From Callorhinchus milii (taxonomy: Eukaryota): a stretch of 64,000 nucleotides of DNA. Under the pieces are notes generated by a model. The model worked only from the letters and a program-made list of their open reading frames with translations. It did no database searches and was not told where the DNA came from. Position numbers and translations under genes: made by a program. Where the stretch lies: assembly GCF_018977255.1 (NCBI RefSeq), contig NW_024704746.1:43400001-43464000 (forward strand), given 5' to 3'. Of the stretch, positions 10,850 to 22,982 are shown piece by piece (the stretch's first letter is position 1; every line of letters starts with the position of its first letter).

Positions 10850-11545
10850 GACTTCAAGATGTGGAATCAGCTGAAGAACCATTCACTTTGAATATGTACC
10901 CAGGGCTCAATAAAATGATCCTAGACTCATCACTCCAGATATCCATCGTTGTTGTTAGAGTATTTTCTGGCAGTTCCCTCACTAACATAGTTGCTTAGGT
11001 ACTAATCACAATGTGAATGTCACTATAGCATAGCTTTGGTGTTACCTTCAGAACAGCAGTTGAGTGGATGTTGGTGAAAGGCAGCATCATAATTAGGGAT
11101 ATCATAAACTGGGGGACAAAAGCTCTAATACATTGCAAATGCCATTTCTAATCCTAGATTGCATGATAACCTACAATTAAGACTAAAACACAACTGCAAT
11201 TTTATGTAATACATGGTGGTTAGCTATTTTTGTACTGAAGAATGGTGTTCTGATGCCATGTATTTTGTGTGTTGGTGGCTGTCTGCCAGCGGCTTGCATG
11301 CCAGATCTTCTGATGACTGCGGTTTGTATGTCGTGAGATATAATTATTGTCGATTCCCTTACTTTAACAGAAACCCATCATGGAACAGGAGAGCCCAGTG
11401 ATTCAAGAAAAAGCTAGCTGATGTGAACATGGCATAACCAGTCAACAAAGCTTTGTCAGTGGCAACACAACTATCAAAACAGAATTCAGAAGATACGCAG
11501 GTCCTGGGAACTGTGAGCAATGGCAAGGAATATCTTTGATCAAAT
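10850..11545 (-). mobile_element. Highly decayed L2 reverse transcriptase region
   Basis: Minus-strand remnants in the expected order: RYSLPLL, SEFCF..ATDKALL (QSGF..TETALL), LSP..IMMLPF (IYMLPL), and a YA(D)D-like motif near 11030. Confidence 0.55.
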
Positions 11546-11554
11546 AAAATAATG

Positions 11555-11760
11555 GGTATTGAGCACTGTTGTTTCACAACTTGTACTTATGTTCAAAAGA
11601 GTTGATACTGATGACTTCTCAATCTGCTGGTCCTTGCTCGATTGAGTTTGGGAATGAAATGGCAGCCTCAACCCAGTTCCTCTTGAGCAAGAGCTAGTGG
11701 CAGCAAACTGACATCGAAATAGCAATCTCACCGAAAGAGGCTTTAAAGATGAATCCTCTG
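11555..11760 (+). mobile_element. LF-SINE-like ancient SINE remnant
   Basis: tgaaatggcagcctcaacccagttcct and gcaatctcaccgaaagaggc resemble recalled LF-SINE blocks (GTGAAATGAG..CTCAGTCCAGTTCCT; GCAGTCTCAGCAGAGAGGC). Confidence 0.55.
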
Positions 11761-12900
11761 AGGAGTTAAGCAAATGCAGTTGGAGATGCTTTCCGTTGGT
11801 TGGGGCTTTGTCACATTGTTGGAGCTCAGTATATCAGTGGAAGATAACACATAGCATGTTGAGGGCATTTGAACAGAAGTCAAACTCAGCTTATTCAAAC
11901 CTTGAACAGATTGCTGTCAGAGCTGCATTTGGAATAGTGGGTGTCATTTGGGGCATTTGACCTTCAAAAGAATATTGATATATTTTATGGGGGTAAAGAG
12001 GTCAAGAATAACAACAAGGACAATTCGAGGATTTGGGCTGTAAAAAGGAGATGTGAGCCTGGCCTTTAAATTGCAAAAGGACAGAGATCATACAAATGTA
12101 AGTTGGTGGTTTAACTCTGTCTCTGAGCCCAAAACCAGGAATTATCAGCCTCACATGACATGAGATCAGAATATTGCTTTTCTCCAAACTTGAAAGAGGT
12201 TTCCAGCAAAAAGCAGCGGAGGCCGTGTCAATTGACTGCTTTACAATACAACACAATTTACATTTATATAGTGCCTTTCATGTCGGGAGGACATCTCAAA
12301 GTGCTTCACAGTCCTGGCTGGGCACTTGAGCTAGGAGTGGGAGTAGGGGAGGGGTAGAAAAGAACAAGAAAGATTTCTGGCTGCAAACAAAAATGTCACG
12401 ATTTATATCCTCACTGGATTCGGTTTAAATTCACAGTCTCGTTCTTATGAGGCAAAATTCCCAAGAATTTGTCAAGTAGTGTCTTGAAAATATCATTATT
12501 TATTGAATGAATTCAAGGACATGCAATGCCTTGAAACAGCTAAAGTAGTAAATGATTGAGAAAAAGTAAAATTAAAAATAAAACAAGCTTCAGATATTCT
12601 CAAAAGCCCATCAATATCCAGAGTAATGTTCACCCCAGAATTCTTTCAAATATAATCTTCCCTTCTCACAAGATACTCTCTCTTTCTCTGTGTCTTCCAC
12701 AACAATTTCAACTCACTCTTCTACCTGAAAAGCAACAAAGTCCAACACCATGTTATTTCATAACCAGACCACTCTTCCACTCCATTTCAAAACATACAAC
12801 AAAACAGTTACAAATAAAAATAAACTTTAATAGATAAATTGTCACGTGAGGATTAGATGTTCTTGTTATATCCTGAAATAATGAAGTAATTTGTGCTGTT

Positions 12901-13222
12901 GCCCTGTGCTGCCTGCACAGCGCTGCCTGCCAACCATCAGTGGTCAGGCTTTCAGCCTTTCTGCCCCAATCTCCAGACCTCCAACCCGGAGCACCTCTGC
13001 CTCACCCCCTCTTTTTAACTCCTTCAAAATCTGTCTCAAGTCTTTCCTCTTTGACCATGCCTTTGATCACCCTCCCACTTCTACCCCACCCCTCCCACCT
13101 CCTCGCTCTTCACCCCCTCTTATCTCCAACCCCCATCTCGGATGCAAGCCCTTCATGGTCCACCACCTTGGGATGTCCTCCCAGCATGAAAGGCGCAACA
13201 TAAATGCAATTTGTTGTTGGTT
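12901..13222 (+). mobile_element. L2 LINE 3' end
   Basis: PTISGQAFSLSAP...FNSFKICLKSFLFDHAF (L2 ORF2 C-terminus), a C-rich 3' UTR, and tail aaatgcaatttgttgttgg. Confidence 0.9.
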
Positions 13223-13225
13223 GGT

Positions 13226-13687
13226 GTCAGCTTGGCGAGGTTGAAGTGCTCTCGCCTCTGAGTCAGAAGGTTGTGGGTTCAAATACCACATCAGGACTTG
13301 AACTCACATTGTCTAAGTGAACGATGCAGTGCTGAGGGTGTGTTGCATTGTTGGAAGTGCCGTACTTCAGGTGAGATCTTAAAACACAAAATATACAGTC
13401 AATTCACTTTACACGTGAAGCGCTTTGAGACATCTCGATGACATTGCTGTGCGCAGTTGTGCTGCAGTTTGCCACAGTCACTCCACTTCACAGTAAAATC
13501 CTCCCAAAGTGATGAGTAAAATGCGTGGGACGCCGCCGTGCGCGATTGGCTGCCGCGTTTTCGCCCGCAAACCCACGGTCAGTTCACCTTACAGCATATG
13601 TCCGTGAAGCGCTTTGAGACGTCTGGAAGCCGTGAAAAGCGCCGTATCAATTGCAAGGATTATTATTATTATTATCATTATTATTAT
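13226..13687 (+). mobile_element. SINE cluster: Deu-SINE head/core plus tail fragments; last tail (13523-13687) strongly CpG-enriched
   Basis: Head gcctctgagtcagaaggttgtgggttcaa; repeated tail segments; (TTA)n end. Confidence 0.85.
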
Positions 13688-14005
13688 GAAATATTACAGG
13701 GCGGTGGGAAGTGATGAGGTGTGAGTGTGTGTGTGAGAGAGAGGAGTCCCGGGTGAGTGAATGAGTGTGTGTGTGTGTGTGTTGGCTACACACTGACTGT
13801 TGCTGAGGAGAGAGGAGAGGAGAGAGAGAAGAGAGAGGAGAAGAGAGGAGAGAGAGAAGAGAGAGGAGAGAGAGAGCAGCCGCTGATGTCGCTGCTGTTC
13901 TGCAGCAACGAATAAGACCTCCGAGAGCTCAGGTGTGTGGGAGTCGGAGCGCTGCGGCTGTGGCTGCGGCGCACATCACCGGACTGTTTGGTTTGCGTCG
14001 GAGGT
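13523..14005 (+). promoter_or_regulatory. CpG-island promoter / probable non-coding first exon of a long + strand gene
   Basis: Sharp CpG rise; reverse CCAAT at 13545-13549; GC box gggcggtggg at 13699-13708; GT and GA repeats typical of 5' UTRs; candidate donor cag|gtgtgt at 13933. Confidence 0.6.
13719..13876. repeat. (GT)n and (GA/GGAGA)n simple repeats
   Basis: Seen directly. Confidence 0.95.
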
Positions 14006-14073
14006 TTTCTCTCCCCCTCTCCTCCTTCCCATCCCCTCTCTCTCTCTCTCTCTCCCCCCACCGCCCCTCCACT

Positions 14074-15230
14074 CCCTCCTCACACCCCCCCCACCCCCTC
14101 CTCACACACACACCCCCCCACCCCCTCCTCACACACCCCCCACCCCCTCCTCACACACACACCCCCACCCCCTCCTCACACACACACCCCCACCCCCTCC
14201 TCACACACACACACCCCCACCCCCTCCTCACACACACCCCCCCCCCCTCACACACACACCCCCACCCCCTCCTCACACACACACCCCCACCCCTCCTCAC
14301 ACACACCCCCACCCCCTCCTCACACACACACCCCCCCCTCACACACACACCCCCACCCCCTCCTCACACCCCCCCCCCCCACCCCCCTCCTCACACCCCC
14401 CCCCCCCACCCCCTCCTCACACACACACTCCCACCCCCTCCTCACACACACCCCCATCCCCTCCTCACACACACACCCCCACCCCCTCCTCACACACACC
14501 CCCACCCCCTCCTCACACACACACCCCCACCCCCTCCTCACACACACACCCCCACCCCCTCCTCACACACACACTCCCACCCCCCTCCTCACACACACAC
14601 CCCCACCCCTCCTCACACCACACCCCCACCCCCTCCTCAGACACACCCCCCCCCCCTCACAACACACCCCCACCCCCTCCTCACACACACCCCCACCCCC
14701 TCCTCACACACACACCCCCACCCCCTCCTCACACACACACCCCCACCCCCTCCTCACACACACCCCCACCCCTCCTCACACACACACCCCCACCCCCTCC
14801 TCACACACACACTCCCACCCCCTCCTCACACACACACCCCCACCCCCTCCTCACACACACACCCTCCTCACACACACACACACCCCCACCCCCTCCTCAC
14901 ACACACACCCCCACCCCCTCCTCACACACACACCCCCTCCTCACACACACACACACCCCCCACCCCCTCCACACACACACACACACCCCCACCCCCTCCT
15001 CACACACACCCCCACCCCCTCCTCACACACACACCCCCACCCCCTCCTCACACACACCCCCACCCCCTCCTCACACACACCCCCACCCCCTCCTCACACA
15101 CACACCCCCACCCCCTCCTCACACACACACCCCCACCCCCTCCTCACACACACACCCCCACCCCCTCCTCACACACACCCCCCCACCCCCTCCTCACACC
15201 CCCCCCCACCCCCTCCTCACACACACACTC
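14074..15230. repeat. C/A-rich minisatellite, unit ~CCCCCACCCCCTCCT(CA)n
   Basis: About 1.15 kb of tandem variable-length units; it produces the three spurious Pro/His/Thr ORFs. Confidence 0.97.
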
Positions 15231-15657
15231 CCGCCCTTCAGAAAACAACCCTCAGCCGAGAAGGGGGAGCAGCAGAGCGAAGGCTGTGCCCATCACACAC
15301 CGCCTGATCCCCGGGGGTCTCTCTCTCTCTCTCTGTGTCTCTCGCTGTGTCTCTCCTCATCTCCGCTCCCGCACCTTCAGAGGCCGTGAGTACAGCACAG
15401 CCACAGCCACAGCAGCAGCACAGGGTCCGGCTTCACTGGGACCCCCTCCACCTACTTTTCTCCCCCCCATCCCCATCCCCATCCCCATCCCACCTCGTCC
15501 CTCCCTTTCAGAACATCTCTTTTGCTTGTTCTCAATTTTTTTAATATCTATCTATCTGTATAATTTTTTACATATATATATAATATATATATATTTTTTG
15601 GGGGGGAGGCGATGCGAGAGAGAAAAAGGGGGTTTTGAGCAGCTCACAGCCAGCGGT

Positions 15658-15788
15658 NNNNNNNNNNNNNNNNNNNNNNNNNNNNNNNNNNNNNNNNNNN
15701 NNNNNNNNNNNNNNNNNNNNNNNNNNNNNNNNNNNNNNNNNNNNNNNNNNNNNNNNNNNNNNNNNNNNNNNNNNNNNNNNNNNNNNNN
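15658..15788. other. Assembly gap (131 N)
   Basis: N run. Confidence 1.
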
Positions 15789-15846
15789 TACAGTGCAGCT
15801 CTCGGTGATTTGGGTTCATTTCCAGAAGGAATACGACGAGAAAAAG
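15789..15846 (+). other. 3' part of a candidate exon ending at donor AAG|GTATGT; coding status unknown
   Basis: Complex CpG-containing sequence between low-complexity tracts and a good donor at 15847. Two frames are open (TVQLSVIWVHFQKEYDEKK; YSAALGDLGSFPEGIRREK) but I recognise neither. Confidence 0.5.
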
Positions 15847-15879
15847 GTATGTGTGTGTATGTGTATGTGTGTGTTTTTG

Positions 15880-16040
15880 AGGGGTGGGGGGGGGGGCGTT
15901 GTAAAATGCAGTGGAATGGGGGTAAAATGCGGCTTTTTTTTTTGCTTTATTCGCTAAGAAGCTGACGTGGGGGGGGGGAGGGGGGTGGGGGGGGAGGGGG
16001 GTGGCGGGGGGTGGCGGGGGGAGGGGGGGGGGGGGGGGCT
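15880..16040 (+). repeat. G-run cluster (G-quadruplex potential)
   Basis: Many runs of 4 or more G. Confidence 0.85.
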
Positions 16041-16127
16041 TTTCTGATTCAGTGAAAGATGTCTGGTGGCCGAGGAGGCGTCAGTCGCAGCGTTAAATCC
16101 CCCGACTCCCGATAATCCATCCATTCC

Positions 16128-16436
16128 TGTGTGTGTCCGTGTGTGTGTGTGTGTCTGTCTATGTGTGTGTGACTATGTGTGTCTGTGTATGTGTGTCTGT
16201 GAGTGTCTGTGTCTATGTGTGTGTGTCTATGTGTCTACGTGTGTCTGTGGCTATGTGTGTCTGTGAGTGTCTGTGTCTATGTGTGTGTGTCTATGTGTCT
16301 GTGTCTATGTGTGTGTTTATATGTGTCTGTGTGTCTGTGTCTATGTGTGTGAGTGTCTGTGTCTGTGTGTCTGTGTCTATGTGTGTGAGTGTCTGTGTCT
16401 ATGGTGTGACTGTGTGTGTCTGTGTGTGTGTGTCTG
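16128..16436. repeat. Compound (GT)/(GTCT)/(GTCTAT) microsatellite
   Basis: Seen directly. Confidence 0.95.
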
Positions 16437-16970
16437 AAGCACTGGGGGAGAGACTGGGAATCAGTTACTGTATATTGGAGTGATTTTTTTTTGGGTGTGA
16501 GGAAGAGGAAGAATTTGGCTGTTTTTTTTAATGCTTATTACCCTGTCCTGTTGTTTGGGGAATCAGGAACACACACCCATCATCAACTGCGCCCTGAAAT
16601 GATGGCTAAACCCCTACCAGCCCCAACCCTTCTCACTTCTCTCTCCCTATCTCTTTCCCTTTCTCTCTCTCCGCGTTTAATCGGTTCAGAGTTGAGTTTG
16701 CGGGATGCGGTGATGTGTGCGTTATGCGTTAAATGTGCCGACTCAACTCGGATCGGGCTGTTGGGGGGAGCAATCGGGTGGGTGGGTGGGTGGGTGGGTG
16801 GGGGCTGTAGCAGATTTGGTTATAAATAGAAAATTCAGTCTGGGTTGGCCATTCAGGCTGTGCTTCCCCTGATGTGTTGCACATGTCAAGGTCTGTGCGC
16901 GCTTGTCAATTTCAGAGTCACAGTCAAATCATCTTCTCTGACAAGTGCCTCCCTTCCACCTTTCCTCTCT

Positions 16971-17417
16971 ACCTCCCCACCTTGCTCTCTACCTCTCCAC
17001 CTTGCTCTCTACCTCTCCACCTTGCTCTCTACCTCTCCACCTTGCTCTCTACCTCCCCACCTTGCTCTCTACCTCTCCACCTTGCTCTCTACCTCCCCAC
17101 CTTGCTCTCTACCTCTCCACCTTGCTCTCTACCTCCCCACCTTGCTCTCTACCTCCCCACCTTGCTCTCTACCTCCCCACCTTGCTCTCTACCTCCCCAC
17201 CTTGCTCTCTACCTCCCCACCTTGCTCTCTACCTCTCCACCTTGCCCTCTACCTCCCCACCTTGCTCTCTACCTCTCCACCTTGCTCTCTACCTCTCCAC
17301 CTTGCTCTCTACCTCTCCACCTTGCTCTCTACCTCTCCACCTTGCTCTCTACCTCTCCACCTTGCTCTCTACCTCTCCACCTTGCTTTCTACCTCTCCAC
17401 CTTGCTCTCTACCTCTC
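16971..17417. repeat. 20-bp minisatellite ACCTCYCCACCTTGCTCTCT, ~22 copies
   Basis: Near-perfect tandem units in register across lines. Confidence 0.98.
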
Positions 17418-17954
17418 CTCTCTCCTCATTACCACAAGCACCAAAAAGCAGTTTTCCCTGATGGCTCTCTCTTAGCTTTTTTGGATGCCTTCTGGGCTTG
17501 TGGCTTGTTCTCTCCCTTCTGAGTAGCTGAGCCTTTTTTTGGTCATTAATTATTAACCGTCTGTGAGAAAAACAGCGACTTACTAGAAGGATGCGCCGTT
17601 AATATTAAATAATATAGCATTGGTCATTTCAAAACGGCTCCAAGCACGAAACAGAATTTTGCGTCAATTGCAGTTGGCTCCGTTTTCTAGGTGAAAGCGA
17701 GAGCTGATTTGCACACTGCAGTATACCCCAAAATACCCATAAAGTGAATGACCAGTTTTATGTGGATTAATTGTTGGCCAGGATACCAGGAGAGACTCCC
17801 TTCTATTTTCAATTAGTGCCATAGGATCTTTAACGTCCAAGTGAACAGAACCTCATTTTAATAGCTTGTTGAAGTACATTACCTCTTTCAATGTAATGCT
17901 CCTCCTGCCCCATATTTCAGTGTCAATAATATTTAAGTTTTATTAACGTCTCCA

Positions 17955-18105
17955 GACCCTCTTTGACCGCACCTTTGGTCACCCTCCTACCCCTAGCCCT
18001 CCATCCCTCCTGACCCCAACCCCCAGCTGGGGTCCAAATACCTGACTGTCCAGCGCCTTGGGAGGTACTCCTGACGTGAAAGGCGATATACAAATGTAAT
18101 TTGTA
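17955..18105 (+). mobile_element. L2 3' end
   Basis: ctctttgaccgcacctttggtcaccc ... cagcgccttgggagg...gacgtgaaaggcg...aaatgtaatttgt. Confidence 0.85.
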
Positions 18106-21100
18106 TAGAAGCGATACATAAATGTTTGTTAGTTAGTTCTTTAGTTAATTCAGGTTATCTGTCTCATTCTTTGCCTTCCCAGCAAATATTGTTATGATGG
18201 GTTTGCTGAATACAACACTTATTTTATCAACCATTCTCTTCCACATTAGTATTTTTACTCATATTTATTTACACAGAAACTTACTGTAGTTAAAGAAATG
18301 TGATTTGCAGCCTGCACAGTATGTTGATAAATTGCCTATGTTTACTTATAAAGTGTGAAATGTTGCTTATTTGTTTTTTAAACAAAGCTTTTGTAACTAT
18401 TGCATGTAAAACAAATTGAAGTATGTGTTGCATTAAATGTACACCTGAGCTGCAATTGTGAAAAACTGGTGTTAATATCAAGATAAATTGTTGCCGTCCT
18501 GGCCAACAGTTCCCCAGACAAATTAGTCATTCATCTTATCGTTGTTTGGGGGAAATTTCAGTTTGTAATGTAGCTGGCTCATTTGCCTACAACCGCACAG
18601 TCACTCGATTTAATGCTGATTACTGTGAAAGCAGTTTGAGTAGTTTTGACGTGAGGAGCAGCAATGGGCACCCTTCTGGGTTTGTGTGCAATAAATGACA
18701 TAAGATGGGGTTCGCCTGCTGCAAAGTACAGTTGCTAAACCCACTTGGAGTCCATTCCTTTTTGAGAAAATTAAAGGCAAAAAAAATCCTACTTCAATGT
18801 GTTTGGCATTAAACTGGTGGAGATGGTGGCACTTCTGACCAAAAATAAAAGGCGACAGTCATTCACGTCTAGTGCCTTCCTCTGGCTTCTGCATTTCATT
18901 TTAGCTGGATACCACCCAAACTGCATGTGCCGAATTGGGCATTGTGTTTTGTTTCATCCACAAAACACAACGTCAAATTATTTTTATAGTATATGCTGTG
19001 AAGTGCTTTGAGGCGTCTCGATGACATGAAAAGCCACTACATCATATGCAAGGTTTATTATTATTATTATTGCCGTTGTGCCCAGCTGCACAGAACACTC
19101 ACATGCACAGAATGAAAGATAACTCTTGTGTTGAATGGGGAAAATGACACCACCTTTAAATGGCAGGTCACATTTAAGGATTTGAATGCCTCTACATTTT
19201 ACTTTGGACACGTGGGTCACAGATCTGTCGTTCCTGCGTTACACCAATTCATTGGTTTAACAAATGAGGAAAAAGTCAATTTGTTTTTAACTTGACCAGT
19301 TTTGTAAGCTTTGCTTTTTGCAGTTCTTTAAACCTTGGCACACAGAATCATTGGGTCCAGCTCTTTGGTGAAAAGGGACATGAAGGTCGGAGAAATTGTT
19401 CACGTACCTTGAATCTCGTGTGTGCGGTTCGTGTACGCCGATTGTTGACCTTCATTAATTGCACAGAGATTCTGGCTTTGTGGCTGGCAGCAACCCAGAG
19501 ATGCTGGAATTGGAATGCGAGTTGATATGTGGAAGGAAAATATAACTTCCCCCCCCCCTCCCACCCTCGCAATAAATGAGAGAGTGAGAAAATATTTGGA
19601 CAGGCTTTTCCACCGCTTCCTGAAAACTATAATACAAGAGAAATGACAGTGTTGAATGGATCAGTGAGTTTCACCATCTACGTTCACGAACCTCCACTTT
19701 GCATGCCCATTCTCATCCTGGCTGTTTGGAGAAGACAAGCATTTACATAGCACCCTTCACGTGGGTCGTGCCACTGAGCACTTGCAAATTAGGCGGAAAA
19801 TTCCACGATATTAAGCAATTGTCTCCACTCTCAAAAATTTGCATTTCTGAAAGATATTGTGTTAAAGACATTTTTAGCATTGTTGGTGGACGAAGACGAG
19901 GCCCTTTTCCAAATGGCAAGAGAATTGAAAGGAGGGAGCAGCAGTTAGGAAGGCACTTGGCAACTTATCCCTATGGCTGACTCAAGAAGATAGCTAGGGG
20001 GCTGGACATAAGCCACTTTTCTGCTCCGGAGGTCAGTGAGCGGCAGGGTGAAGGAATAAATGAATTCTGAACCAATGTCACGGTACCTTGCAGCTTTAGC
20101 TGTGACACGTGTTTGTGATGCATCTATTTGTTTTAAATGTGAAAATTGTAACACAATTTTAAAAAAAGATGATTGGTCCCTATCCAATTACAATCCTACT
20201 GTTCAATTGCCTTTGTAAAATTGTCTTTGGCATAGCATTTAAATTATGCCATTGTCATTGTAATGGCATTTAGTTTCAAATCGTATAAGTCATTGCGTTG
20301 TGTGATTCAAAACAAACAAAAATAGTCCACTGAACATTTAAGAATGTTTTCAAAGGGAATAACAGGAAATCTTTCGGAAGTGCATGATTTGTCAGAGTGG
20401 GGGGAAAAAAAGCTTCATATCTTACTATTTGAAACCTAATTTGCCCCATAGTGTGATTGATAGCGCTGGCTAATTTATTATTAAATTTACATGCTTGTTC
20501 CAACCATTTGTTTGCATACACTTAACTTAAATCTGTGAATATGGGCAGTTTATTTTAGCATGGTACCAATGGTGGCAACAGAAATTAACAATAGATTGAA
20601 ACATTTCTTTCTGGGCATTTGCAAAAGGAAGTTGAAAAACAATTGTGAGCTGAAATAACTATTATATGGCTATATAATAGAACCAGATATTACAGCATGT
20701 TTTCATATTGTATGAGACACATAATGCTGCACAATTCAAATATTTTAAATTTCTTGAATTTCTCTTTCTAGAAGTGACCCGAAAAAAGTGTTTGGGTTCC
20801 ATTATGCGGTCGTATTTGCTCCAGATCTGCATTTATGCATTTCCCTAAAGGCCTTTTGGATGAGAGGATTTCAGATTGACTTTTGTACTTAGTGCTAGTT
20901 TAAGCTTAAATCATAATGTATCCAAAACTTGGCTTGAAGGCACATCAATCCTCAAATGGTGCAGTTCCAATGATCCTTGGGTAAACTCTTATTAGTAATC
21001 AAGCCTCTCCTTGTTTGACGATGTGTAAACATTTGTTGCCAACTCTGTGAATGGAGAAGCACAGGTATTTCCTGTTATTTCTTCAATGTATGGGTATGGA

Positions 21101-21328
21101 AAAAAAGAACTTGCATTTTTATAGTGTCTTTAACATGTGAAAAATATCTCAAATCACTGCATTAGTAAGTACTACATTGTTAAGTGTAGATACCATTTTC
21201 CTAGGGAAACACAGCAAAATTTTGCAACAGCAAAGGCCCAGAAACAGTCATGGGGTGAATGGCAAGTTCATCCAGAGGATAGCATTCTTTCTGGGTATTT
21301 TTCAGAGGATAGCATCTTCTACTATCGG

Positions 21329-21403
21329 CATTAACATAAGATACTGGAGTGTGACCATTAATATCAGATACTGGAGTGTGAGTGTTAATAGAAGATACTA
21401 GAG
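21329..21403. repeat. 27-bp tandem repeat, ~3 copies
   Basis: cattaacataagatactggagtgtgac / cattaatatcagatactggagtgtgag / tgttaatagaagatactagag. Confidence 0.85.
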
Positions 21404-21665
21404 CATTCAGTTATCAGCTTTTTTAACCATAATGATAAAATTAGATTTACTTCTGAAGCAATTTATGGAAATGATTTAAAATGTACCCAAGATACTGAAG
21501 TTAACATTTTCAAATTAGGACTGTTCCGTCAGTTAACCTTGGGTTTGCTTTGAAGGGATGATATTTTCACTGTTCATAAGGCAGTAATTTGGCATTGATA
21601 TTGTGGGAAACCTATTACTTTTTACCTATCAAAGTGCTACTGAACAATAGGCAATGTATTCCCTG

Positions 21666-21770
21666 TGTCAACAAGAGTGACAAATCCCATCAGCATTCAG
21701 CTCTAATGGTCAGTCAGTGGGAGGTGCCATTCATCAATGCACTTCATTGGCAACAGAAACCAATACAAAA
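21666..21770 (+). repeat. Unclassified dispersed repeat, copy 1
   Basis: tgtcaacaagagtgacaaat...tggtcagtcagtgggaggtgccatt...tcattggcaacagaa matches 23716-23832. Confidence 0.75.
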
Positions 21771-21853
21771 ACTATGCTAGAGGTTAAGAAGTATTGCTGA
21801 TGCATTTCAATGATAAGGTGCTATATCAAATGCAAGGATTATTATTATTATAT

Positions 21854-22297
21854 GTCAGCCTGGTACAGTGGTAGAACACTCGCTTCTGAGTCAGAAAGTT
21901 GTCCGTTCAAGTCCCACGTCGGAGCTTGGAATCTCATAATCTAAACTGACACTCCAATACAGTGTTGGGGCGAAGTTGCATTGCCAGAGGTGCTGTCCTT
22001 TGGATGAGACAGTACACCAAGGTTCCATCTGCCTGTTCAGGTGGACGTTAAAAATCCCATGGCATTATCCAAAAAGAGAAGGGAATTTTTTTCTCCCGGT
22101 GTCCTGGCCAACAATCCCCCAAATAAAATTGAACCCTCACTCCATGGCTGTTTGTGGGACGTTGCTGTGTGCAATTGGCTGCCTTGTTTCCCCCACAAAA
22201 TCCACAGTCAATCCATTTTATAGTATATCCTGTGAAGTGCTTTGAGATGTCTCAATGAGATGATAAGGCTCTGTATCAGATGCAAGGATTATTATTA
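21854..22297 (+). mobile_element. Full-length family-B Deu-domain SINE (SacSINE1-like)
   Basis: tRNA-like head, core ggatgagac..ctgcctgttcaggtggacgttaaaaatcccatggca..ggtgtcctggccaacaat, and L2-type tail. Confidence 0.93.
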
Positions 22298-22672
22298 TAT
22301 AAAGAATAAGACAGATTCTGTGTTTTGAGTCAAGAGTCCATCATGGGTTGGAGATGATGAATCATTTGGAATGTGCTGTCATATTGTTCCAGCCTTGTCC
22401 GTGATTGTGCGTGCGGGGGGTGGAGAGGGGTTGCTCAACGGACATCATGGGTTTGAAACATAGCTCTCCAACTGACAGTGAGAGAGGTGTGGGTGAGTGG
22501 CAGGTAACACCTTATGAAAATAGAGTGAAGCAGCTGTCTCATGGTTTAGAAGAATATTATCTTCTCAATTACGTATTAATGCAGGACATTTCACAGCATT
22601 GCCCTGGTCATGACAGTGATGATATAGAATTATGAAAAAGGAAGCCACTGCACCATGTTAGTTAATAATCAC

Positions 22673-22982
22673 AATAATAATCCTTGCATTTGATATAGCG
22701 CTTTTCACATCTTCTCAACGTCTCAAAGCGCTTCACAGAATATACTGTAAAGTGAATTGACTGTATATTTGTGGGCAAAATGTGGCAGCCAAATTGCGCA
22801 CAGCAGTGTCCCACAAACAGTCGTGGATTGAAGTGACCAATTTATTATTGTTTTTTTTCTTGAGGGTTTATTGTTAGGCGTGTGGAGTAAGAAAACTTGC
22901 CCAAAGTTTTGCCCTGCCGGGAATCGAGCCCAGGTCTCTCGCTTGAGAGGTGAGAGCTCTAACCACTGAGCTACAGGACTCC
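22673..22982 (-). mobile_element. Full-length family-A SINE
   Basis: Near-identical structure to 3704-4068. Confidence 0.95.

Noticed and set aside
13933-15957. 674/484/456-aa Pro/His/Thr-rich ORFs
   Set aside because: All three frames are open because the C/A minisatellite lacks stop codons; one also runs through an N gap.
16971-17417. CRISPR-like array
   Set aside because: Tandem units without unique spacers, in eukaryotic DNA.
16845-17522. 176-225 aa repetitive ORFs
   Set aside because: Translations of the 20-bp minisatellite.
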